Shown here: in pieces, positions 55,892 through 64,000 of the stretch
How the letters are laid out: the number at the start of each line of letters is the position of its first letter
Numbering within the stretch: position 1 is the stretch's first letter
Origin: Candidatus Latescibacterota bacterium
GTDB lineage: Bacteria; Latescibacterota; UBA2968; UBA8231
Length of the DNA: 64,000 bases
Assembly (NCBI GenBank): GCA_965197905.1
Contig: CBDAOB010000005.1
Coordinates: forward strand, 1,856,001 to 1,920,000
Direction of reading: 5' to 3'
Made by a program: the position numbers and the translations under genes
The notes under the pieces: model-generated
The model's input: the letters and a program-made list of their open reading frames with translations, nothing else
Databases searched by the model: none
Told to the model about the DNA's origin: nothing

Positions 55892-57018
55892 CCCAGGAAC
55901 TGATAGATCTTTTCGCAGACGTAGTCGATCTGTTCGTTCCGCAACTCGGGAAACATGGGAAGCGAGAGAATCTCTTCGCAGCACCGTTCGCTGACGGGAA
56001 AGTCGCCAGAGCCGTACCCCAAATTGCCAAATGCCGGTGCGAGATGGAGTGGCTGGGGATAATGCACTGCAGTATGGATCCTGTTCTCCCTGAGATGGTT
56101 GGCCAACTCGTCGCGCCGTTGGCAACGTACGACGAATAAATGATAGACGTGGTACGCGTTGTCCGTTTCGACCGGCGTGGTGATTCCGTCAACCGAAGAG
56201 AGATTGCGAACGTAGCGCTCGGCAATCTGCCGACGTTTCTCGTTCCAGCCATCCAGATAGGGCAACTTGACATCCAGTACCGCCCCCTGGAATCCGTCCA
56301 TTCTGTGATTATAACCGGGTTCGAGGTAGCTGAATTTCCCATTAGGGTCCTGACCGTGGTTGCGCAGCAAACGCAACTTTCGGGCCAGGTCGTCGGCGCG
56401 GGTGACGATACCTCCCGCATCTCCGTATGCCCCCAGATTCTTGCCGGGATAGAAACTGAAGCATCCCATATCGCCCATAGATCCAACAAGTTGATCGCGG
56501 TAGCGCGCCCCGTGTGCCTGAGCGGCGTCTTCGATCACCAGCAGATTTCGCTCCTTGGCTACCTTTATAATTGGAAATAGCTCCGCCGGATGTCCGTAGA
56601 TATGAACTGGGATGATGGCCCGCGTTTTGGCACTCAACGAGGCCTCCAATAGATCGACGTCCAGGGTGTAACACTCTTCCTCGATGTCGACCAAAACCGG
56701 GGTCGCACCCACCTCAATGATCGCTTCTACCGTAGCCCCGAATGTGACCGGAGTGGTAACCACCTCGCAACCCACACCTATCCCACTGGCTCTCAACGCC
56801 AGCTTCAATGCGTCGGTTCCGTTGCTAACGCCGATACAGTGATCGACGCCTTGGTACTGAGCATAGGAAGATTCGAACGCCTTCACCCGTGGCCCCAAAA
56901 TGAACGAATTCTCTTCGATGACCTCATTCAGGACAAGGTCCACCTCCTCTTTGATCTGCTGGTACTGCAGACCCAAATCGTTCATCGGCACAGTCATGGC
57001 GGTCAACGTTTCAGACAT
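55888..57018 (-). CDS. DegT/DnrJ/EryC1/StrS aminotransferase
   Basis: NGTDAL, EDAAQAHGA, SFYPGKNLGAYGDAG, HVYHLF, SLPMFP. Confidence 0.93.
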   Translation of the reverse strand: MSETLTAMTVPMNDLGLQYQQIKEEVDLVLNEVIEENSFILGPRVKAFESSYAQYQGVDHCIGVSNGTDALKLALRASGIGVGCEVVTTPVTFGATVEAIIEVGATPVLVDIEEECYTLDVDLLEASLSAKTRAIIPVHIYGHPAELFPIIKVAKERNLLVIEDAAQAHGARYRDQLVGSMGDMGCFSFYPGKNLGAYGDAGGIVTRADDLARKLRLLRNHGQDPNGKFSYLEPGYNHRMDGFQGAVLDVKLPYLDGWNEKRRQIAERYVRNLSSVDGITTPVETDNAYHVYHLFVVRCQRRDELANHLRENRIHTAVHYPQPLHLAPAFGNLGYGSGDFPVSERCCEEILSLPMFPELRNEQIDYVCEKIYQFLG

Positions 57019-57037
57019 GTTGCCTCATCTTTCTGAT

Positions 57038-57655
57038 TCAACTGAACTGTACAAAATACCGAACGGCTGCAAATCCTTCAGCATAGGTTACACGGCCCTG
57101 GATTCCGCGAAAATTGGCGGTCGATCGCGCGATGTCCAAGATCGACATGTTTTCGATATTCGTTTTCTGCATCTGGGAAGCGTGCGCCTCGAGCGAGGCG
57201 AGCTTCTGATTGATTACGTCCCCGATATTGACGAAGACAGTCGGGTGAAACTGCCTGGATGAAAGCGACTCGAAAAACAAAAGATTGGGTACCGAACGAG
57301 CCGCCGGAACCACGGCCTGGGCAATGTGTCGATGATCCTGATGGGTATCATCTCCCCAATGGGTGTACACTATATCGGGCTCTACCTCATCGATATGCTG
57401 TTCCAATTTCATGATCGAATCGCGGTTGCATTCGAAACGGGTGTCCGCATATCCGCAGAAGAAGGTCTCTTTCGCGCCCAATATCTTCGCGGCATCCCGC
57501 TGCTCCCTGCCGCGGGTGTCTGGTTTCCCTCCCATACTGCCATCTGTCACCACGAGGAGATACACCTCATCTCCGGATCCCGAATGCCGTATCAATGTGC
57601 CGCCGCATCCGATCTCCAGATCGTCCGGATGGGCCCCTATCGCCAGTACTTTCAT
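57038..57655 (-). CDS. PIG-L family N-deacetylase
   Basis: AHPDDLEIGCGG, HQDH, HASQ, AEGF. Confidence 0.92.
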   Translation of the reverse strand: MKVLAIGAHPDDLEIGCGGTLIRHSGSGDEVYLLVVTDGSMGGKPDTRGREQRDAAKILGAKETFFCGYADTRFECNRDSIMKLEQHIDEVEPDIVYTHWGDDTHQDHRHIAQAVVPAARSVPNLLFFESLSSRQFHPTVFVNIGDVINQKLASLEAHASQMQKTNIENMSILDIARSTANFRGIQGRVTYAEGFAAVRYFVQFS

Positions 57656-57662
57656 CGACGAA

Positions 57663-58373
57663 TCATTCCTCTGACCCTAGTGGTTGTTGGAGAACTCGAA
57701 GCGAGCGAAAGATTTCGGCGCTTTTTCTGCCGCAATTCAGCACCAAATCGATAGCGGACAGATGCGATTCGAAATTTTCGGAGTTCTGCGAATACACCGG
57801 GTGGGCGTACTCTTGAAAAATAACCTCCACACCCACCGCCGCAAAGCGTTCTACTTGGAGATAGTTCCGGCCACCGGCGCCCGACAAATAGCTGTCCGCA
57901 CCGACCTCCTCGCATATGTCCAGCAGCCGGTCCGTGGGATCGGTCCGGAGGTTCATCGATGAAGCCCACCGCACCGGCGTATCGATATCGAGAATTTCGC
58001 TGATCCAGTCGATGGAAGCACCATTGATCGCCGTCAATTCCCGCCACTCCCGGCTGTAGAATGCCGTCAACCATTCCTCCGCATCTTTCCAAAACGCGGC
58101 AGTCGAATAATTCGTACGCAATGCCTGCAGATGCTTCCGCCTCCAATTACCGGCTTCGTGCAGATGCACCTCAGATATCTTCTGAGGAAATCTGTAGTTC
58201 ACCGGTACGGTCAGCCATTGAGTCCCATTGGACGTCTTTATCTTGTTTCGATTCTGCCATTCGTTCTTCTTGAACTGGACGTTGTCCAGCAACACGAAGC
58301 AATCGGCCTGGTCCATCTTGTCGAAATAACCGAGCCAAGGCATGAATTGGGGTTGGTGGACGGCGACGATCAA
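57663..58373 (-). CDS. WbqC family protein
   Basis: HQPQFMPWLGYF, WQNRN, WLTVP, YLSG.GG..Y, LSAID. Confidence 0.92.
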   Translation of the reverse strand: MIVAVHQPQFMPWLGYFDKMDQADCFVLLDNVQFKKNEWQNRNKIKTSNGTQWLTVPVNYRFPQKISEVHLHEAGNWRRKHLQALRTNYSTAAFWKDAEEWLTAFYSREWRELTAINGASIDWISEILDIDTPVRWASSMNLRTDPTDRLLDICEEVGADSYLSGAGGRNYLQVERFAAVGVEVIFQEYAHPVYSQNSENFESHLSAIDLVLNCGRKSAEIFRSLRVLQQPLGSEE

Positions 58374-59822
58374 GGTTCCCGCCCGCGAACAAAAATTGGA
58401 TTCGAGGTGATGCGTGAACTCCCCATCGACGCCAACAGGCGCACATACGCCATCTCATCTATGTCGATGCTGTCTACATGGATAAAATCCAGTGGCGTAC
58501 GACCTTCTACCTCTGCCACGATTGCGCCTGACTTGATCAGCTGGACGCGAACATCCTGAGATTCGCCGTAGATTTTGTCAATCTTTACGTGGACCGTGAA
58601 TCGGCCTGTGCTGGTCACCTCCCCGCCGGCCTCGGCTACCATGCCGCCGCTTTCCACCGTAAAATTTTCGAGCGAAATCTTCTCTCCCCACCCACAAGCA
58701 GCATACATTCGACCCGATGCCAATGCCTCGAGCGCGGCCTCCTTCGATCTCTCGTCTACTAAAAGAATTGTCAGGATGTCTTTTAACTGCACTCCTTTCC
58801 TGTTATAGTGATAGTCAATATCCCCATTCCCCCAGACGGGTCGGTCGCGCGTCCCGCTGGTATATTCCATCAGAATCTGGTCCCATTCTCGTCCAGGGTT
58901 CGTGGCGGTATGGGTGTCGGCGTACAAGGCCGCGAACCCCGTGTAATCGACCGTCTTCACGAGATCCTCGGGCGTGCGCGCGTGAGTCGTTTACGAACTC
59001 GAGAAGCCCGCCCATAAGCTCGACGGGCTGAATGCTGGTGGCGGCCTCTGGATGAGACCAGAACGCCATGCCTCCCTGTTCATTGACATAATCGATGTAA
59101 TGTTGGTACGGAGCAGCTCCCAAATCCCCCTGATACGGATCCATCAATGGAACCTTGAAGGGAAAATTCTCCAGCAGAAACAGGACTGAAATGCCGCCGA
59201 CCAAGAGGGCAGACGTCGTGCTCCGGCGGAGTGCCAGTATGGCAATGGAAAGGCCGGCAAATGGCCAAAGCAAGAGAATACTGGTCCAATGCCAAATGCG
59301 AACGTTGTCCGTTCCCAGCACGGGCAAGTTCAAATACGCCTCCGGGCTGGGCATGTTAATGGCCATTATGTGTTTGTTCCAGTGGCTCAACGTCCACGTC
59401 CACCGGCCGAGATCCACATCCCAATAGTAGAATGGCGCCGATTCGACACCGTGAATCATGATGATGTCGGGGTAGAGTTTCGCCACCCGTTCTATCTCGT
59501 CGAGATACGCCTGAAGAGCCTGCTGATTGAAGAGGTCGTTCTCGACCCGCTCGTAGCTGAACAACCCTCGCAAGAACGGAATCCCGTACTCCACGGCAAG
59601 CACGTCGTCGTCGGTAAAAACAAGGACGTCAATGTTGAACTCGTCGGCACGCCTGGCAATCTGTTCGATCGGCTCTTCGCCGGTGCTGAACAGGGAATGG
59701 ATATGCACGGCGCAGCTCAACTGGATGTAATCGTCTCGGGCCTCCGCTGGACCAAGCCATGCCAAGAGGAGAGACAAGCAGATCTTCCTTGATGTCCCGC
59801 TAATCAACGGCGGTTTGGTCAT
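58370..59822 (-). CDS. Exported/membrane PHP-domain metallohydrolase, split by one apparent frameshift near 58970
   Basis: Signal peptide, HIHS..S, TDDD, GVE, internal TM pair, WSHP; second frame continues with WGNGDIDYH, EALASGRMY and ITSNPIFV. Confidence 0.75.
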
Positions 59823-60997
59823 TGGTTGAGACGTTCCTTGGCGAGCGTTTCGTAGAGTTTTTGAATCTTCCTGACCATTTCTGCGTCGCTTAATCGTCGT
59901 GCCTTTGCAGCGGCTGAGATGCCCAGCTTTCGACGTTTCTCATCATCCTTGGCGAGCGCGATCATCTCCCGAGCCAGACTCTTTGAAGACCCGGGAGTGA
60001 CCAACACGCCTTGCTGGTTGTCCTCCACAACCTCGGGAATGCCTCCGACGTTGCTCGCAATGGCAGGCAGACCGGCGTACATCGCTTCCACCAACGCTTT
60101 GCCCATACCCTCATTGTGGGACGGCAATACGAATACATCCATCAAACGCAGGAGCTCGCCTACATCGTCGCGCCACCCGGCGAAGATCACCTTGGGCGAA
60201 ATGCCCAGGGTCCCTGCCAGACCTTCCAATTCCTCCCGCAATTCGCCGTCGCCTATCATCAGCAGCTTAGCGTCGGTCAATTCTTGCGCGACTCTGGCGA
60301 ATGCCCCGATCAGCACGCGCTGCCCTTTGATCGGTTCCAATCTTCCCACGGTGCCAAATACGAAATCGTCGGTTCCGATCCCCAACGGCAAATCGCGTCG
60401 ACTCGACGCTCGGCTTGGATCGTCGAGCGCCGAGAAGTCCACCCCGCTGTGGATAACTGAAAACTTACCCGGGGGAGCAACGCCGTAGTCCACATGATCT
60501 CGCGCGCCTATGGCCGTCAATGTTATGATCCTGTCCGTAAAACCAGCTGCCCAACGTTCGATTCGAATAAACAATTGGCTAACCAGCTTGCCGTAATATC
60601 CGTGGAAAACGTGTCCGTGGGGGGTATGGACGACAATCGGGACACCCGCTACACGTGCGACGATTCGCCCCAGGATGCCCCCCTTTGAGGTGTGCGTGTG
60701 CACTACGTCGTACTTGCCGCGCCGCACCAGCTGATACAGCTCCATCATAGCCAGCAGGTCATCCAGGGGGCGGATGGCACGGTGCAGATGTGGGACCGGC
60801 AGGAAAGTGACTCCGCCGTTCTGTGCTTTTGCCTGCGTGGGTCCGGCGTCTTCCGTACTCGGCCCCGATGCTAACGCTACGACGTAGCGTTCCTTATTGA
60901 GGCCCGCAACGGTCAGGAGGGTGTTCTCCGATGAGCCACCGCGATCCAGTCGAGTAATGATGTGCAACACGCGGAGCTGGTTGTCGGGCCGCCACAT
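59819..60997 (-). CDS. Glycosyltransferase family 4
   Basis: HTHTSKGG, VGRLEPIKG, EGMGKALVEAM. Confidence 0.93.
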   Translation of the reverse strand: MWRPDNQLRVLHIITRLDRGGSSENTLLTVAGLNKERYVVALASGPSTEDAGPTQAKAQNGGVTFLPVPHLHRAIRPLDDLLAMMELYQLVRRGKYDVVHTHTSKGGILGRIVARVAGVPIVVHTPHGHVFHGYYGKLVSQLFIRIERWAAGFTDRIITLTAIGARDHVDYGVAPPGKFSVIHSGVDFSALDDPSRASSRRDLPLGIGTDDFVFGTVGRLEPIKGQRVLIGAFARVAQELTDAKLLMIGDGELREELEGLAGTLGISPKVIFAGWRDDVGELLRLMDVFVLPSHNEGMGKALVEAMYAGLPAIASNVGGIPEVVEDNQQGVLVTPGSSKSLAREMIALAKDDEKRRKLGISAAAKARRLSDAEMVRKIQKLYETLAKERLNQ

Positions 60998-61005
60998 CGA
61001 CGACT

Positions 61006-62379
61006 TCAGATCAATCGAGCAAGAGCTGAGGAAGATTCCGCAGGTTCAGCCGGGACCTCTTCGACTGTTCTCTTTTCCAGCTCGCTGGCGCCGATCACCA
61101 GGCCGACGATCAACCAGAATGGCTCCATAATCCGCACAATAGTAAACGTGTTTGACCCCAATGCGTGGACCAGGAGCCCTGCCAGGCCCGCCAGGAGCCC
61201 CATCGCAAGTCCTTTGTAGAGCGGATCATCCGACTCGCGGAAAACCCGCAAGGTTTCCTTGAATAAGACATGGACGAGAACGAAGAACATGCTCAGTCCT
61301 AGCAGCCCAGTCTCCACCAGGACCCGCGGGTATTGTGCGTCAATAAACTTGTACCCGGTGATTCCAAACCCCCAAATCGGGCTCTCGGTAAAGTCCGAAA
61401 GGCTTTCATTCCAGCTCTTGAGACGGGCAGAGGTAGAGGTGTCCAGCTTGACCCCACCGACTCGCACATGATGGCCCCGATGCTCGACTTGCTCGAAGGT
61501 AAATAAGACTCGTTCCTTCACGGAATCGGGAATCGCAACGGTCCCTGCCCCTATGATCACCAACAATGCAAGGAGCATCGTGGCGCGACGCTTCGGGTGA
61601 AGAACCAGAAATGTCAGATAAACGAATGGCGCCCCCAGATACGAAGCGCGCGACAACGTCGCCAGAAACGGCAAGACCAGGAACACAACCAACCCTCCCA
61701 GCAGATAATTGGTTTTCCTGTTCGTGCCTTGGAAGGCCAATCCGGCCGCGACAGCACTCATGAGCAGAAGATATCCACCGAAGGTGTTTGGCTCTCCTTC
61801 TTCTCCCTCGAACGGCGCGCTGACCCGCTCCCCGGACGGGATCTGAGCAACGCCCACGATGCTCACGACTAGCGCCGTGAGCAACATTGCGATCGCGAAT
61901 CGCTGGACCTGAGACCGACTATGTACATTGTTGACTACCATGAAGAAAACGACGAAGTACTCGATGTATTTGAGGACGAAGAAGAACCCCGTAACACCCT
62001 TCACATAGCCAAGTATCATGCCCATTCCGGTAGCAAAGATACAGGCCACCGTGTAATAGCCAATCGGCCTGTTGAGCGGCGTGTCCCGCACCAATCCCAG
62101 TTCCTTGTTGACCGCCATTCGCACGAGCCAGGCAAAAGCCAGGAGCACCAGAAGAAAATCCTCCGTCCGGAGCGTGACACCCCTTCCGGCGGTCGTGCGC
62201 TCGCCACCCATGTCCCCGATGATGATCTCGGGCGACAACAGCATCGAAAAAATCAGGATGTAGATCCCCACCTCTGCACTGACGAAGGCGAGGATGAACA
62301 CCGCAACTCCGGCGATCACGGCGAATCCCATGTCTTCCGGAACGACGGCTAAAGCGGCGGCGACGAAGGCGCACAACAC
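61006..62379 (-). CDS. O-antigen ligase/Wzy-like polymerase family membrane protein
   Basis: About 10-12 TMs, PNTFGGY, TLSRAS, R..SW..SPIWGFG, ETGLLG; the frame is open upstream so the start is uncertain. Confidence 0.85.
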   Translation of the reverse strand: MLCAFVAAALAVVPEDMGFAVIAGVAVFILAFVSAEVGIYILIFSMLLSPEIIIGDMGGERTTAGRGVTLRTEDFLLVLLAFAWLVRMAVNKELGLVRDTPLNRPIGYYTVACIFATGMGMILGYVKGVTGFFFVLKYIEYFVVFFMVVNNVHSRSQVQRFAIAMLLTALVVSIVGVAQIPSGERVSAPFEGEEGEPNTFGGYLLLMSAVAAGLAFQGTNRKTNYLLGGLVVFLVLPFLATLSRASYLGAPFVYLTFLVLHPKRRATMLLALLVIIGAGTVAIPDSVKERVLFTFEQVEHRGHHVRVGGVKLDTSTSARLKSWNESLSDFTESPIWGFGITGYKFIDAQYPRVLVETGLLGLSMFFVLVHVLFKETLRVFRESDDPLYKGLAMGLLAGLAGLLVHALGSNTFTIVRIMEPFWLIVGLVIGASELEKRTVEEVPAEPAESSSALARLI

Positions 62380-62462
62380 AACGATAAACGGAGCGAGCCT
62401 GGCCTGCGCTGACCTGTTGCTGTTGCGTGCTGTAAGAATAGGATTCCCCTCTTCAAGAAGTA

Positions 62463-64000
62463 TTATCGCAGGGCGACTTCGATTCCCACACCACGTCGGT
62501 GCCCGTCGAGAAAGCTCTGAGCCTCTTCCGGCGTCGAGAAGGCTCCTGCCAGCAGCCGGCAGGGTCCGCCTTGGCGGCTTTGCAGATACGATCTACGGTT
62601 CCCCTGGTCTTGGCTCGATATGGTTCGCGCTGCCTCCCCACAATCTGGGAACAATCCCAGCTCCAAGCCGTAGGGCAAACGCAGGATCGCGTACTCTTCG
62701 ATCAGTCCATCCGTCTGCAGCTGGCGCGCGCGTGCAAACGCCGAGTCCCAGCTCTCGAAGCTTCCAATCAGCAAACGCTCCAGCTGCCTCCCCCGCACTA
62801 CAACGGGACTGAGAAAAGCGTCCTGACCGTGCCGCGAAGATTTTTCAAAATGGGGGCCGACCACTTACTGTCCGTCGGATAGCTAGCCGCCCTGATGGAG
62901 TACGGGAGACGCACACTTGGCGCAGCCTGCGCCGGGGGGGCGGGCCGAGCGGCCGGCTCAACGACGAGCTCGCTGGCTTGAAGTTGTGCGGCTGGCGGTG
63001 GTGGCTGCGGTGATGGCACAGATTCGACTGCCGGCCGTTCTTCGGTTGGGACTGGCGTCGTCGCCAACTGCTCCGCTTCCGGGCGCGGCGCATCGGAACG
63101 CCCGGACGGAAGGCCGGGGTTACGGTTTGATTGATGGCCGGATAACACCGGTACTAGTCCCAATGGACGCGACAATACTCCGCTTTGCCAGACAAGCCCC
63201 AGAGCCATGATGACGGTTAGCGTCCTCGAGGCGCTTCGCGCCGCCGCGCTCCGCGGCCTTTCGGAGCGGCCGGAATGACGCCGTGCCGGTTTCGATCGCG
63301 CCTGCGGCGTTTTCTTTTCCGTTGGTTCCGTCGGGGCCGGATCGCCGAACAATCTCCTTTTGACTACCTCGATCTTGCGCCCCCATGCACCAATCTCGTT
63401 GGAAATCTTTTCGCCAATGGACCGCGATACCCCCCCGACTTCACTGCCGTAGGCGTAGTAGTCAGAGTGGCTCAAATCTTGGAACTCGGAGCTGAGATCG
63501 GCGCGGATGCCGTTCAGAATAACTCCGAGAAGATCCACATGCTTGCTATTCAACAAGGTAGTGGACCGTTTGAGGGCGGTGCGGGGGACATCACCTGCCT
63601 TGTACACCACGAGAACGCCGTCGGTGCGTCTACCAAGAATCGACGAATCCGTGACTTGCAGGACAGGGGGCGAATCTACGAGTACGACGTCATACGCCTC
63701 GCGTACTTCCGCTAGAAACTGCGCCATCGGCTCTGAATTCAGCAGCTCCGCCGAGTTGGGGGGAATCGCGCCGCTGGTAATAATGTTCAGATTACTTATA
63801 CCCTGCGTCTGAAAGACATCCTTCATGCCCATACCGCCCGTCACGATATCGGTAACCGTGCGTACCACATCCCTCCAACCGAAGTTTCCGATGATCACTT
63901 CGGTCAGACCGGGCTCCCGCTCCAAACCGAACAGTCGGTTCAAGGTCGGACGTCGCAGATCACCGTCGACCAGCAGCACCCTTTGCCCGAACTGGGCCAT
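62463..64000 (-). CDS. C-terminal part of a polysaccharide biosynthesis tyrosine kinase (Wzc/CpsD) followed by a TM helix and SPOR-like domains; partial, one apparent frameshift near 62833
   Basis: VLLVDGDLRRP (Walker A'), PPNSAELL, VLVDSPP (Walker B), Tyr cluster DYYAYG, TM, Pro-rich linker, then YSIRAASY..RLLIGSF..A and RLLAGAFSTPEEA. Confidence 0.85.

Overview
GC-rich chromosomal segment from a diderm bacterium. It encodes lnt, a lipoprotein and glnE/glnB; the many Gfo/Idh/MocA and sugar enzymes suggest an uncultured FCB-associated lineage such as Latescibacterota, but that is only a guess. There are about 57 protein genes and one initiator tRNA-Met. I found no integrase, transposase, phage gene, rRNA or CRISPR array. 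Left (1-12.3 kb): a cysteine synthase/JAMM peptidase pair, then aspS, a coiled-coil lipoprotein plus LysM protein, and the conserved phoH-7TM/HD-ybeY-corC-lnt cluster, interrupted by tRNA-fMet and a stand-alone sigma region-4 gene. Middle (12-44 kb): mostly minus-strand sugar, amino-acid and housekeeping genes, including a MoxR-type ATPase coupled to a large uncharacterised partner, a lyase-like hypothetical protein and glnB-glnE-doxX/trx. Right (44.6-64 kb): an ExeA-like ATPase, HD-GYP, FGE-sulfatase-domain and cNMP-REC genes beside a Wzx/Wzy polysaccharide locus. The locus has unusual members: a tyrosine kinase followed by a TM helix and SPOR-like domains, an exported PHP hydrolase, and a ParB-like/methyltransferase fusion. 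Four genes (possibly five) carry apparent small frameshifts, most simply explained as assembly indels. All family calls come from motif recognition by eye; no searches were run.
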